A stretch of 64,000 nucleotides of DNA, taken from NCBI GenBank assembly GCA_050948665.1, contig JBMNEH010000001.1, positions 1,891,079-1,955,078 of the forward strand, read 5' to 3'. Position 1 is the first letter of the stretch. Each line of letters opens with the position of its first letter. Origin of the DNA: Christensenellales bacterium. Its GTDB lineage: Bacteria > Bacillota > Clostridia > Christensenellales > UMGS416. The position numbers were made by a program, and so were the translations under genes. Shown piece after piece: positions 9,635 through 19,709 of this stretch. A model generated the notes under the pieces. The model did no database searches. It saw nothing but the letters and a program-made list of their open reading frames with translations, and had not been told where the DNA came from.

Positions 9635-10384
9635 TCAGGTAATGTTTCTCAGATAACGGAGGCTCTCCGCAATATTATCCAGCAAATCATCAGCCTCAGC
9701 CTCGTATTCGATGGTATACCAGGTTACGCCGAGTTTCTTTCCTTTGGCTATGATCGCGGGAAAATCGATACAGCCCTGACCGACGGGCAGGTCCCCCGCT
9801 TCACCAACTCTTCTCAGTTCTTTAATATGGAGCAGACGGCAGTGCGCCGGATACTTCTCCATTACCGACAATGCGGATACACCGGCATTCTCTACCCAGC
9901 AGGTATCCAGCTGCATTTTTACAAAGACGGGATCCACGTTGTCAAAGAGGATATATTCCGGACAGGTATCCCCAACGGGGTCAAATTCATAAGAATGGTT
10001 ATGATAGCCGAACCACATGCCAGCATCCGCAACCTGTTTACCGATCTCATTAAATTCACCAGCAATACGGAACCACCCGGACGCCGCATCCTCGCCAGGC
10101 TTCGGTCGGGCGCCGGGGCATACGATATAATCCGCACCCAGTGTTTGAGAATAAGCGATCACATCCTCAAGGTTTTGTGTCAACTGATCATAACCGACAT
10201 GGCTTCCCGCGGTAACCAAGCCGATCTTATCCATTGCGGCTTTCAGTTCCCGGGCAGATAACCCGTCATAACCGGCAAACTCCGCGCCGTCATATCCCAT
10301 TGCCTTTACCTGCTTCAGCACAGGGATCATATTCCCCGGCGTAAGGGAACGTAACGAATACATTTGTAAAGCGATTTTTTCCAT
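9635..10384 (-). CDS. Sugar phosphate isomerase/epimerase (xylose-isomerase-like TIM barrel)
   Basis: IALQMYSLR, GYDGAEFAG, YHNHSYEF, QLDTCW, LHIKE; start at ATG 10384. Confidence 0.9.
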   Translation of the reverse strand: MEKIALQMYSLRSLTPGNMIPVLKQVKAMGYDGAEFAGYDGLSARELKAAMDKIGLVTAGSHVGYDQLTQNLEDVIAYSQTLGADYIVCPGARPKPGEDAASGWFRIAGEFNEIGKQVADAGMWFGYHNHSYEFDPVGDTCPEYILFDNVDPVFVKMQLDTCWVENAGVSALSVMEKYPAHCRLLHIKELRRVGEAGDLPVGQGCIDFPAIIAKGKKLGVTWYTIEYEAEADDLLDNIAESLRYLRNIT

Positions 10385-10537
10385 ATACTCCTCCTTCATA
10401 CCGGCGATTGCAGGCGTGGCGAACCTCGGCAACCATTTCCTATACCGGTTGATTATTCTGCAGATGACAGTTTTTCCCTTCCATACCGCCGGAAATAGGT
10501 GAAAGCCCCCGGCAGAGTCGGGGGCACGAAAGTGTAA

Positions 10538-11080
10538 TCAATAATTCTCAGCCTGCACCATGAAGTAGGCCTGCGGATGTTCACAGACGGGGCAAACCAG
10601 AGGCGCCTTCTTGCCAATGACCAGATGACCGCAATTGATGCACTGCCACATCACATCGCCGTCCTTGGAAAACACCAGGCCTTCCTCCAGGTTATCCAGC
10701 AGCTTCAGATACCGCTCTTCATGCGCCTTTTCTATTTTCGCGACCATCGTAAAGAGCGCGGCAATCTTATCGAAGCCTTCCTCTTTCGCTTCGACAGCAA
10801 AGCGGGCATACATATCCGTCCATTCGTAGTTTTCTCCGGCAGCGGCATCCTTCAGGTTTGCGGCTGTGTCCGGTATCTCGCCATCATGAAGCAGCTTGAA
10901 CCAGATTTTTGCATGCTCTTTCTCATTCTCGGCTGTCTCCATAAACAGATCCGCGATCTGTTCGTACCCTTCTTTTCTGGCTTTGGAGGCATAATACGTG
11001 TACTTCGTTCTGGCCTGGGACTCCCCCGCAAAGGCCTCCTTCAGATTAGCCTCAGTCTTGGTGCCTTTTAAATCCTTCAT
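10538..11080 (-). CDS. rbr: Rubrerythrin
   Basis: [30 protein letters not shown] diiron ligands, C-terminal CINCG...CPVCEHP rubredoxin site. Confidence 0.97.
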   Translation of the reverse strand: MKDLKGTKTEANLKEAFAGESQARTKYTYYASKARKEGYEQIADLFMETAENEKEHAKIWFKLLHDGEIPDTAANLKDAAAGENYEWTDMYARFAVEAKEEGFDKIAALFTMVAKIEKAHEERYLKLLDNLEEGLVFSKDGDVMWQCINCGHLVIGKKAPLVCPVCEHPQAYFMVQAENY

Positions 11081-11110
11081 TTTCTCGTCTCCTGTTCCAT
11101 ATTTGAAAGC

Positions 11111-11280
11111 TGCGGCCATGCCGCACGCAATCAAGCAATATCCTCTGGTACAAACTTCATGCAGAGTCCGTTGAAAACCGTTCTACCGTTGGGTGAACTG
11201 TTTCGGCATCATCTTGTCAGCCGTACGATACCACTCCGCAGAATCCCGCCCACGGGGTCCTCTATGACATCTCTGCTTGC
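11111..11280 (-). ncRNA. Candidate structured 5' leader RNA upstream of rbr (unassigned)
   Basis: Lies between a 17-bp-spaced promoter and rbr; several complementary segments; matches no family I can identify. Confidence 0.35.
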
Positions 11281-11283
11281 ATA

Positions 11284-11312
11284 ATGTTATCAAAGCTTTA
11301 TTGATTTGTCAA
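11284..11312 (-). promoter_or_regulatory. sigmaA-type promoter upstream of rbr leader
   Basis: TTGACA-17nt-TAACAT on minus strand. Confidence 0.65.
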
Positions 11313-11560
11313 ACTGTGGTCCATACGCCGGCAAAACCAGATGCCGGCAAAAATCCCCCACGGTTTTTGAGAAAATACGGCTGCGGCAAATGGCTGCAAT
11401 CTCCCCAGGGGCAGATCTGCGCAGCCGACGATCCGGCATTTCCTGCGAACATGCGGAACAGGTCTTAAAATTGCTGCGTAAAAAATCCACCCTGCCGGGC
11501 AGTAGGACGGGTTGAGGTGCAGACAAATTATTTGCATGTCTACCTGAATAAGGTGCCTGT

Positions 11561-12337
11561 TTATGCCCGCAGTACATTTCCCGGTACACTTTCAGCCAAT
11601 GCTTCCGGGTAAAAAACCTCCATCATGTACAGCCCCTGGGGCGGAGCGGTGATGCCCGCTTTTCGCCTGTCCCCGTCTTTCATGATACTCGGCATAGCTT
11701 CCGGATTGATTCTTCCGCGACCTATGTCGATGATCGTGCCCACCATGATGCGCACCATATGATAAAGGAACCCGTTCCCATAAAAATCAAACACCCAGGT
11801 GTCGTTTTGCCTCACTAATGTCGCCTTATATAGGGTGCGGCAAGTATCAATGACCACACTTCCCGATGCCATAAAAGATGAGAAATCATGGGTGCCGGTT
11901 AATGCGTCAATCCCCGTCCGCATCGCTTTTTCATCCAGCGGTCCATATACCTGCCAGCAACGCCCCCGCCATAATGCGGAAGCAATTTTCCCATCCCGAA
12001 CCAGATAACGATAATGCTTCCCTACCGCGTCAAATCTGGCATTAAATTTTTCCGGTGCCTCCCCGGAAGCCAGTACACATATATCCGGCGGCAAAACATG
12101 ATTCAGCGCCAAATACCATTTCTCTGGCGGCACCTTGCCGTTGTGAAAGAAATTCGCCGTCTGCCCCAGGGCATGCACACCCGCATCCGTCCGCCCGGCG
12201 CCGTAAAGGGTCGTCTTCTCCCCGGAAATCTCCGATATCGCGTCCTCCAAAGCCTGCTGCACCGTCGGCAAATTCAACTGCCGCTGCCAGCCGGCATAAG
12301 CAGTTCCGTCATATTCTATCCGCAAGACTACATTCAC
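11561..12337 (-). CDS. truA: tRNA pseudouridine(38-40) synthase
   Basis: EYDGTAYAGWQRQ, AGRTDAGVHALGQ, GNGFLYHMVR. Confidence 0.97.
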   Translation of the reverse strand: MNVVLRIEYDGTAYAGWQRQLNLPTVQQALEDAISEISGEKTTLYGAGRTDAGVHALGQTANFFHNGKVPPEKWYLALNHVLPPDICVLASGEAPEKFNARFDAVGKHYRYLVRDGKIASALWRGRCWQVYGPLDEKAMRTGIDALTGTHDFSSFMASGSVVIDTCRTLYKATLVRQNDTWVFDFYGNGFLYHMVRIMVGTIIDIGRGRINPEAMPSIMKDGDRRKAGITAPPQGLYMMEVFYPEALAESVPGNVLRA

Positions 12338-13122
12338 AGGAACGCCTCGATCACGAGCCTGTCCAACATTATCCAGGCTACAGATAATAAACCGGTGAGC
12401 AAACCATAACAGTCAATGCCCGTAAACCGCAGTTCCTTCATCCGGGTACGGCCCACATCACCCCGGTAACATCGGGCTTCCATCGCTATGGCAAGCTCAT
12501 CCGCCCTTCGGAACGCGCTGACAAACAGCGGAACAAGCAAGGGAACAAGGGCTCTGGCTCTGCGAAAAAGATTTCCGGTTTCAAAATCCGCGCCCCGGCT
12601 TTTCTGTGCTTGAATGATCCTCTGCGCCTCATCCAGCAATATGGGAATAAACCGCAGCGCGATGCTCATCATCATAGCCAGTTCATGAACGGGGAAGCGC
12701 AGTCTCTTTAATGGTCTGAGCATTGTTTCTATTGCATCCGTTAACGCAAGAGGGGAAGTGGTAAGGGTCAGTAACTGGCTGCCCATTACCAGTAGCGCCA
12801 GCCTCCCCGCCATGGCAAACGCTTTTGCGATGTTCTCGCTTGAGAAACGGATAGAACCGTCCGTAAAAGTAAAAAGATTTAATATAAATGTCACCAGAAT
12901 GATAAATAGCATAGGCTTTAACGCCCGAAGTAAAAAGCGGATATGTACCCGCGAAAAAAACACAGCCATCGCAAGATAAAGTACAGCGCCCACGTACCCG
13001 AACCAGGTATGGATAAAGAACAAACCGATGATGTAGCCCAATGTAAGCAGCAGTTTTGTCCGGGGATCCATGCGGTGCACCGGAGAGGTTCCGGGAAAAA
13101 ACTGTCCGAATGTCATATTCAT
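12334..13122 (-). CDS. ecfT: ECF transporter transmembrane component
   Basis: MDPRTKL, ALRFIP, AQKSRG, AMEARCY; start at ATG 13122. Confidence 0.95.
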   Translation of the reverse strand: MNMTFGQFFPGTSPVHRMDPRTKLLLTLGYIIGLFFIHTWFGYVGAVLYLAMAVFFSRVHIRFLLRALKPMLFIILVTFILNLFTFTDGSIRFSSENIAKAFAMAGRLALLVMGSQLLTLTTSPLALTDAIETMLRPLKRLRFPVHELAMMMSIALRFIPILLDEAQRIIQAQKSRGADFETGNLFRRARALVPLLVPLFVSAFRRADELAIAMEARCYRGDVGRTRMKELRFTGIDCYGLLTGLLSVAWIMLDRLVIEAFL

Positions 13123-13979
13123 TGTCGCCCCTCCCCAATTCTGGAGAGTAACCATGCTGACATATCCTCTACTGTCAGCATGGGCAGAGGGCAATCCACG
13201 CCCTTGAGACGAAGACCCTCCGCCACCTGCGTCATGGTAGGCACGGCAAGATTCATCTCCCGAAGCGCATCTCCATGAGAAAAGATCTCCTCGGGGGTTC
13301 CATCCATCACAAGGCGGCCTTTATCCAATACGATTACCCGGTCCGCCACCATCGCCACTTCATCCATAGAGTGACTGACCATCAATATCGTGCAGCCGGC
13401 TTCCCGATGGATACCACGGAAGATCTCTCGCAGGCTTCTTCTTGCCTGCGGATCCATCCCGGCGGAAGGTTCGTCCAGTATCAGCACAGAGGGCTTCATT
13501 GCCAGTACACCGGCAATCGCAACCCGCCGTCTCTGTCCACCGGACAGATCAAAGGGCGAACTCTTCCCTATTTCCTCCGGGTCAAGATGCATCAGTTTTA
13601 AACTGTACTCCACTCTTGCCTTGATCTCTTCCGGTGGAAGACCCATATTCTTTGGTCCAAAGGCCACATCCTTTTCTACGGTTTCTTCAAAAAGCTGCTG
13701 CTCCGGGTATTGAAACACCAGCCCGACCCGCATCCTCAGCTGCCGCAGCTCAGACTTGGCTGTCGCCATGTCCACCCCCTCTACAACCAATGTACCGGAG
13801 GTCGGCTTTATCAGCCCGTTTATGTGTTGAATCAAGGTGGACTTTCCGGAGCCAGTGTGGCCGATGATGCAGACAAACTCTCCGTCTTGTATTTCTGTGG
13901 AAATGTCCGAAATAGCTGTCATTTGGTAGGGCGTACCTATAGAATAAATATGGGTCAGCTCTTTTATAACAACGGACAT
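13119..13979 (-). CDS. ecfA2: ECF transporter ATPase A2
   Basis: GHTGSGKST, FQYPEQQLFEETV, LSGGQRRR; start at ATG 13979. Confidence 0.95.
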   Translation of the reverse strand: MSVVIKELTHIYSIGTPYQMTAISDISTEIQDGEFVCIIGHTGSGKSTLIQHINGLIKPTSGTLVVEGVDMATAKSELRQLRMRVGLVFQYPEQQLFEETVEKDVAFGPKNMGLPPEEIKARVEYSLKLMHLDPEEIGKSSPFDLSGGQRRRVAIAGVLAMKPSVLILDEPSAGMDPQARRSLREIFRGIHREAGCTILMVSHSMDEVAMVADRVIVLDKGRLVMDGTPEEIFSHGDALREMNLAVPTMTQVAEGLRLKGVDCPLPMLTVEDMSAWLLSRIGEGRQ

Positions 13980-14818
13980 AATGCCCCTACCATCCCTTCC
14001 ACCGTCATTACATCCCAAGGGATCTGCACTCCCTGCTTTCGTAATGATTCCGCCAGCTCAACAATCTTGGGCAGTTCCATTCCCAGCTGGTGCAACCTAT
14101 CCGTTTGGGCAAACACCTCGGCCGGCGTACCTTCCAGCGCCACCCGCCCGTTGTCCATAACAAGAATTCTGTCGGCGCCCACAGCTTCATCCATAAAATG
14201 TGTAATCAGCAGCACCGTGATCCCCTCCTCACGGTTCAGTTTATGTGCCGTTGCAATGACCTCAACCCGCCCTGCCGGATCCAGCATGGCAGTGGATTCA
14301 TCAAGTATCAATATCGCCGGCTTCATCGCTAAAACGCCGGCTATCGCGATCCTCTGCTTCTGTCCGCCGGACAGGAGGTAGGAAGAATGATCAGCATACG
14401 CGGACATACCTACTGCTTCCAAAGCGGCATCTACTCTGCTGCGAATCTCATCCCGGGGTACACCCAGATTTTCGGGTCCGAAGGCCACATCTTCCTCCAC
14501 TACAGAGGCTACCATCTGATTATCGGGGTTTTGAAAGACCATTCCCGCGCGCTGACGTACCTGCCAAAGCAGGGCCTCATCCTTGGTGTCCATTCCGTCT
14601 ACCAGCACGCGGCCTTTATCAGGGATCAGCAAAGCATTGACCGTCTTGGCAAGGGTGGACTTCCCGGAACCGTTGTGCCCGATAATAGCAGTAAATGTGC
14701 CCTGCATAATGGAAAGCGTAATCCCGTCCAGCGCGGCATCAGGGGCCATACCGCCATTTTCTGTACTACCGTCAGGGTAGGTATAACGGACGTCCTCCAT
14801 TTGTATAATCGGTTGCAT
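13964..14818 (-). CDS. ecfA1: ECF transporter ATPase A1
   Basis: GHNGSGKST, FQNPDNQ, LSGGQKQR; start at ATG 14818. Confidence 0.95.
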   Translation of the reverse strand: MQPIIQMEDVRYTYPDGSTENGGMAPDAALDGITLSIMQGTFTAIIGHNGSGKSTLAKTVNALLIPDKGRVLVDGMDTKDEALLWQVRQRAGMVFQNPDNQMVASVVEEDVAFGPENLGVPRDEIRSRVDAALEAVGMSAYADHSSYLLSGGQKQRIAIAGVLAMKPAILILDESTAMLDPAGRVEVIATAHKLNREEGITVLLITHFMDEAVGADRILVMDNGRVALEGTPAEVFAQTDRLHQLGMELPKIVELAESLRKQGVQIPWDVMTVEGMVGALCPLL

Positions 14819-14858
14819 ATCCGTCCCCCTCCCTTCATGACGATGATATATCTGGTTT

Positions 14859-14887
14859 ATTATAACCAAAATGCGGGGCAGTGTAAA
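14859..14887 (-). promoter_or_regulatory. sigmaA-type promoter of ecfA1-ecfA2-ecfT-truA
   Basis: TTTACA-17nt-TATAAT on minus strand. Confidence 0.65.
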
Positions 14888-15091
14888 GGCTTTCCGATCC
14901 GTGCCATACTTTAGAACCGGTCTACCGAAAGTGTGCGCAGGATCTTCATGCCGAATTGCCGTCCAAAGGCTATTCCGTGTCATAGCATGCCAGTATCAAA
15001 ACACAATCGTTGTATCATCCCTTGTTTATGCGTTCGGTCCCGTTATCCGGCGTCACTGTCCAGGTATAAAATGACCCGTCATACTGTACAA

Positions 15092-15150
15092 AGAAAAAGC
15101 CTGCGAAAGCAGGCATAAAAATGACCGCTCCTGCAAACCGGAGCGGTCAT
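15092..15150 (-). terminator. Two tandem intrinsic terminators ending the alpha operon
   Basis: 11-bp stem atgaccgctcc/ggagcggtcat (15121-15150) + tttt, then gcctgc/gcaggc (15099-15114) + tttttcttt. Confidence 0.75.
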
Positions 15151-15154
15151 CTCA

Positions 15155-15667
15155 TCAGATCAGCTCAATGCGTACCATCTCCGCAGCGTCACCGCGACGG
15201 GGGCCCAATTTCAGCATGCGGGTATAACCACCGCGGGCGGTGCCTTCTTCATTACGCTTCTTGTACTTGGGGCCAATCTCCCGGAAAAGCTTCTCTACCA
15301 CAGGGTGGTTGATTTCCTTGGCGCGCTCTTTGTATTCGTCATCCTTTTCCTTCTCCAATCGTGTGGCAGGTACATTATACAAGTAACGCATTAGTTTTCG
15401 GCGGGCTGCCAGCTTGGTAGGAGCATCCACCGTAAAGGTGCGCTCGACTGTCTGCGCTCTTTCATTCAGCGTAGTAACCTTGCGTGTTGTATTATTATCA
15501 CACTCGGCTATCGCCAAGGTGATCAGTTTCTCCGCAATAGAGCGGATTTCCTTTCCGCGTGTAACGGTCGTCTCTATGCTGCCGTTATTCAGCAGCGCGG
15601 TGACCTGTCCGCGAAGAAGAGCTTTCCGTTGATCGGACGGTCTACCCAGTTTACGATGTCCCGGCAT
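15155..15667 (-). CDS. rplQ: 50S ribosomal protein L17 (long form)
   Basis: [38 protein letters not shown]. Confidence 0.97.
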   Translation of the reverse strand: MPGHRKLGRPSDQRKALLRGQVTALLNNGSIETTVTRGKEIRSIAEKLITLAIAECDNNTTRKVTTLNERAQTVERTFTVDAPTKLAARRKLMRYLYNVPATRLEKEKDDEYKERAKEINHPVVEKLFREIGPKYKKRNEEGTARGGYTRMLKLGPRRGDAAEMVRIELI

Positions 15668-15681
15668 GGGAATTCCTCCTG

Positions 15682-16632
15682 TTAGTCTTCTTTCTTCTTC
15701 AAGCTGAGTCCCAGACCCTGCAGTTTCTGAACAACTTCCTCTAGGGATTTACGCCCCAGATTCCGCACCTTCATCATTTCCTCTTCAGTGCGGTCGATGA
15801 GCTCAGCCACATTGTTGATACCGGCACGCTTCAGACAATTATAAGATCTAACCGTTAGATCCAAATCCTCGATCGTCATTTCGCTGATTTTGGTCGCAGC
15901 CTCGCCGTCGCTATCATCCGCGTGCGCTCTTTCGAGCTCCTCACCCTCTCCCATGCGAATGAACATCGCCAGATGATCGGTGAGGATACGGGCAGCTTGC
16001 CCCAAAGCGTCTTTGGGGGTCACAGAGCCGTCAGTCCAAACCTCCAAAGAGAGCTTGTCATAGTCCGTGCTCTGTCCGATACGGGTATCCTCAACGTTGA
16101 AATTCACCTTTCGTACGGGTGTGAAAATCGAATCGATCGGAATAACACCGATTGCCTGATCCGGTTCGCGGTTTGCTTCCGCGGATACATAACCTCTGCC
16201 TTTCACCATGGTAATTTCCATGTACAGGTGTGCGTCCTCATTCATCGTGGCAATATGCATATCGGGATTCAGAATTTCCACCTCGGGATCGGTTTTGATA
16301 TCCGCTGCGGTGACGACTCCGGGGCCTGTTTTATTGATAATAACTGTCTTGGTACCGGGTACGTGCATAATCGCAGTAAGACCCTTCAGATTCAGTATCA
16401 TCTCGGTAACATCCTCGGTTATACCGGGAATGGTAGAGAATTCATGGAGTACGCCGTCAATCTTTATTGAAGTAGGGGCGCAACCGGGAAGCATCGAGAG
16501 TAATACCCGGCGAAGGGAGTTACCCAATGTAACGCCGAAACCGCGTTCCAAAGGGGATACTTCAAATCGACCGTATTGATGCTTGTCGCTTTCTTCTACT
16601 TCGATAATTTTGGGCTCAATATTTTCTATCAT
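15682..16632 (-). CDS. rpoA: RNA polymerase alpha subunit
   Basis: [46 protein letters not shown]; start ATG 16632. Confidence 0.98.
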   Translation of the reverse strand: MIENIEPKIIEVEESDKHQYGRFEVSPLERGFGVTLGNSLRRVLLSMLPGCAPTSIKIDGVLHEFSTIPGITEDVTEMILNLKGLTAIMHVPGTKTVIINKTGPGVVTAADIKTDPEVEILNPDMHIATMNEDAHLYMEITMVKGRGYVSAEANREPDQAIGVIPIDSIFTPVRKVNFNVEDTRIGQSTDYDKLSLEVWTDGSVTPKDALGQAARILTDHLAMFIRMGEGEELERAHADDSDGEAATKISEMTIEDLDLTVRSYNCLKRAGINNVAELIDRTEEEMMKVRNLGRKSLEEVVQKLQGLGLSLKKKED

Positions 16633-16724
16633 GGATCCAGCCTCCTCCTTTTCCATTGTGCTTGAAGCCGGTACCGTGAAAGCTTCTCTCCAGGGAAAGA
16701 GCGGCGGCTATGCCGCCTGCTGCT

Positions 16725-17351
16725 CTACTTGGAGTAGAACTCCACGACCAGGTGCTCGGACAGAGTAAGATCGATATCAGAGCGCTCGGGCTTCTGCAGG
16801 ATCTTGCCTTCGAGAGCGTCGGCATTCAGTTCCAGCCACTTGGGGATGGGGTGATCCGCACCTTCACGAAGAGCCTTGAAAATTTCAATGTCGCGGCTAT
16901 TTCCGGCAACCGTGATGACATCGCCCACTTGCAACTGCATAGAGGGAATGTTATTCTTCTTGCCATTCACCAGCAGATGGTTATGGGTCACCATCTGACG
17001 GGCCTGTGCGCGGGAAGCGCCAAAGCCGAGGCGATACGCTACATTATCAAAACGGAGTTCCAGCAACTGAAGCAGTGCTTCACCGGTGGGGATTCCGCGG
17101 ATACGAGAAGCTTTGGCGAAGGTTCCGGCAAACTGCTTCTCCAACATTCCGTAAGCGCGACGTACCTTCTGCTTTTCACGAAGATGCATTCCGTATTCAG
17201 TGACCCTCTTGCGGGACTGACCGTGCTGTCCGGGAGGAGACTGACGCTTGCCTAAAGCACACTTGGCGCTGTAGCATCGATCACCCTTCAGGAAGAGTTT
17301 TGTGCCCTCACGACGACACAGACGGCAGACCGAATCGGTATATTTTGCCAT
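16725..17351 (-). CDS. rpsD: 30S ribosomal protein S4 (Zn-binding form)
   Basis: CRLCRREG..LFLKGDRC...KC, LREKQK, LELRFDN. Confidence 0.98.
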   Translation of the reverse strand: MAKYTDSVCRLCRREGTKLFLKGDRCYSAKCALGKRQSPPGQHGQSRKRVTEYGMHLREKQKVRRAYGMLEKQFAGTFAKASRIRGIPTGEALLQLLELRFDNVAYRLGFGASRAQARQMVTHNHLLVNGKKNNIPSMQLQVGDVITVAGNSRDIEIFKALREGADHPIPKWLELNADALEGKILQKPERSDIDLTLSEHLVVEFYSK

Positions 17352-17365
17352 TGTTCGTTCCCTCC

Positions 17366-17767
17366 TTATACCCTTCTGCGTTTGGGCGGACGGCACCCGT
17401 TATGCGGAATCGGTGTCACATCCTTGATCAGCGTAATGTCCAGCCCGGCAGCCTGCAGGCTCCGGATGGCGGACTCACGACCGGAGCCCGGCCCCTTTAT
17501 ATAGACTTCCACGCTTCTCAACCCATGCTCCATAGCAGCCTTAGCGGCTGCCTCAGCCGCAGACTGGGCGGCGAAGGGTGTGCTCTTACGGCTACCCCGG
17601 AAATTTAAACTGCCTGAACTCGACCAGGCAATGGCATCGCCGTTGACGTCCGTAATGGTAACAATAGTATTGTTAAAGGAAGAACGGATATGTGCCGCAC
17701 CGCGTTCAATATTCTTTTTCTCGCGGCGGCGGCGCACAGCGCCCCTCCGGGCAGTACTTCTAGCCAC
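17366..17767 (-). CDS. rpsK: 30S ribosomal protein S11
   Basis: [38 protein letters not shown]. Confidence 0.98.
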   Translation of the reverse strand: MARSTARRGAVRRRREKKNIERGAAHIRSSFNNTIVTITDVNGDAIAWSSSGSLNFRGSRKSTPFAAQSAAEAAAKAAMEHGLRSVEVYIKGPGSGRESAIRSLQAAGLDITLIKDVTPIPHNGCRPPKRRRV

Positions 17768-17779
17768 TTCACTTCCCTC

Positions 17780-18160
17780 CTACTTGTTGTCCTTTTTCCT
17801 GCCGCCCACAGCCTGCTTTTTAGGCCCCTTGCGGGAACGAGCGTTCTGCTTGGTATTCTGTCCGCGGACGGGGAGACCCCTGCGGTGACGAATGCCTCTG
17901 TAGCTGCCTACTTCCATCAGGCGTTTAATGTTCATTGATACCTCGCGGCGAAGATCTCCCTCCACCTTGAGGTTGTGATCGATGTATTCGCTTAGTTTAC
18001 GAACCTCATTTTCTGTGAGGTCCTGTACGCGAGTGTCGGGACTGATTCCGGTTTCCTCCAGGACCTTCAAAGCGGTGGTATGACCGATCCCGTAAATGTA
18101 GGTCAAGCCATATTCCATTCTTTTTGTCCTGGGCAAATCAACGCCAGCTATACGAGCCAT
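17780..18160 (-). CDS. rpsM: 30S ribosomal protein S13
   Basis: [28 protein letters not shown]. Confidence 0.98.
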   Translation of the reverse strand: MARIAGVDLPRTKRMEYGLTYIYGIGHTTALKVLEETGISPDTRVQDLTENEVRKLSEYIDHNLKVEGDLRREVSMNIKRLMEVGSYRGIRHRRGLPVRGQNTKQNARSRKGPKKQAVGGRKKDNK

Positions 18161-18290
18161 AAGTTGGTTGCACCTCCGTGTTGCATTTCTTGATTATGTT
18201 TTCTATATATGGACCACAGTCCCGTGAAACCCCGGAAAACCCGGGCAGCCGCGTCCACGAGTCTGGCGGTATCCGACCCGATCCGGGAAG

Positions 18291-18404
18291 TTAACCCTGG
18301 CGCTGTTTGTGCCTGGGGTTCTCACATATGACCATTACGCGCCCGTGGCGCTTAATGACCTTGCACTTTTCACAAATTGCTTTTACTGAAGGTCTGACTT
18401 TCAT
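18291..18404 (-). CDS. rpmJ: 50S ribosomal protein L36 (37 aa, below ORF-track cutoff)
   Basis: Manual translation [37 protein letters not shown]. Confidence 0.97.
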   Translation of the reverse strand: MKVRPSVKAICEKCKVIKRHGRVMVICENPRHKQRQG

Positions 18405-18420
18405 ATTATCCTCCTTTTGC

Positions 18421-18648
18421 CTACCCTCTGGGTTTTCCCCGCCAGGTAATACGGCCTCTGGTTAAATCATAGGGCGACAGCTCCAGAGTTACTTTATCGC
18501 CGGGGATGATTCGAATGTAATTCATACGTAGCCTGCCGGAAATATGGGCATGTATCTTATGACCGTTGCTGAGCTCTACAAGAAACTCCGCATTGGGATA
18601 GGCATCTATCACCGTACCTTCTACTTCAATGACATCCTGTCTTGCCAA
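18421..18648 (-). CDS. infA: Translation initiation factor IF-1
   Basis: [49 protein letters not shown] start behind AGGAGG. Confidence 0.97.
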   Translation of the reverse strand: MARQDVIEVEGTVIDAYPNAEFLVELSNGHKIHAHISGRLRMNYIRIIPGDKVTLELSPYDLTRGRITWRGKPRG

Positions 18649-18649
18649 A

Positions 18650-18955
18650 TTAACCCTCCTCCTTGTTGTCGAAAGCCGCTTTCCTGTTATATCCGAGTCT
18701 GGATAGTTCTTTCCGGAGATACGCGTCGGTTGCTCTCTTATCAGAGGGTACCTGTTGTCCTTCCGGAGGGATCTTATCTGGCTGCGGGACCAAGTGAAGG
18801 TTGTTCTTGCGTTTAGGACGCAAAACGCTCCTGCTCGTTCCGTTCGCCACAAGACAGAAACTGTCCAGCTTTTCCAGTACTACAAACGCAATGCCTTTAT
18901 CGCGCCCGGCGCGGGAAACCACCACTCTTCCCGGTTCGATGGGGTAGTTGCTCAT
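18650..18955 (-). CDS. KOW-domain RNA-binding protein (eL14-like)
   Basis: [13 protein letters not shown]...LVANG..R....PKRKN..HL pattern; usual clostridial position between map and infA. Confidence 0.85.
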   Translation of the reverse strand: MSNYPIEPGRVVVSRAGRDKGIAFVVLEKLDSFCLVANGTSRSVLRPKRKNNLHLVPQPDKIPPEGQQVPSDKRATDAYLRKELSRLGYNRKAAFDNKEEG

Positions 18956-18962
18956 GAGCGCC

Positions 18963-19709
18963 TCACAGCGCTGTGAGGATGATGGGGCCATCATCGGTTA
19001 CCGCTACGGTGTTTTCATAATGAGCTGAAAGTTTACGATCCCGGGTCAATGTAGTCCATCCGTCCTGCAGAAAATCCACTTCCCATGTTCCCAAGTTGAT
19101 CATAGGCTCCAGCGCTAAGACCATACCGTGCTTTAATTTTACATTGCTCCTGGAATCTACATAATTCGGCAAAGAGGGCTCTTCGTGCATTTTGGTTCCG
19201 ACGCCATGTCCGCACAAATCACGAACTACGCCGTAACCGTGGGCCTCCGCGTGCTCCTGTACCGCACGACTGATATCGGTAAGATAGTTGCCTACCCGCA
19301 TCATTGCGAAGCCTCTTTCAAAGCATTCCTTCGTGATAAGAATCAAATCTGCCGCTTCCTGTGAGATCTCTCCGACAGGGAACGTTCTCGCCATATCGCC
19401 AACAAAACCCTTGTAGGTTGCCCCAAGGTCAATGCTGATAATATCGCCCTCTATGATCACTCTGTCACCGGGGATACCGTGTACCACCGCTTCATTTACT
19501 GAGGTGCAAATGGTAGCTGGGAAACCGCCATATCCAAGGAAAGTGGGGGTCGCGTTGTTTTTACGAATAAATGCCTCTGCCGCCACATTCAACTCCCCGG
19601 TTGTAACACCGGGACGTATCAGGCTTGATACGATCTCCATACAGCCGGCGGTGATCCTCCCCGCCTCCCGTAACAAAGATATTTGATGTGTGTTGCGCAG
19701 ATGGATCAT
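18963..19709 (-). CDS. map: Methionine aminopeptidase type I
   Basis: SVNEAVVHGIP, DLCGHGVG..MHEEP, ALEPMI, SAHYENTV. Confidence 0.98.
   Translation of the reverse strand: MIHLRNTHQISLLREAGRITAGCMEIVSSLIRPGVTTGELNVAAEAFIRKNNATPTFLGYGGFPATICTSVNEAVVHGIPGDRVIIEGDIISIDLGATYKGFVGDMARTFPVGEISQEAADLILITKECFERGFAMMRVGNYLTDISRAVQEHAEAHGYGVVRDLCGHGVGTKMHEEPSLPNYVDSRSNVKLKHGMVLALEPMINLGTWEVDFLQDGWTTLTRDRKLSAHYENTVAVTDDGPIILTAL

Noticed and set aside
11190-11230. Hammerhead-like CUGACAAG...CGAAAC
   Set aside because: The core needs CUGANGA (here CUGACAA) and there is no stem II between the motifs
11130-11280. Lysine/glycine riboswitch or 6S RNA call for the rbr leader
   Set aside because: No AGUA loop-E or P2 pairing (lysine), no GGAGAG/UCAGG (glycine), and the terminal helix spans about 115 nt, too short for 6S; left unassigned
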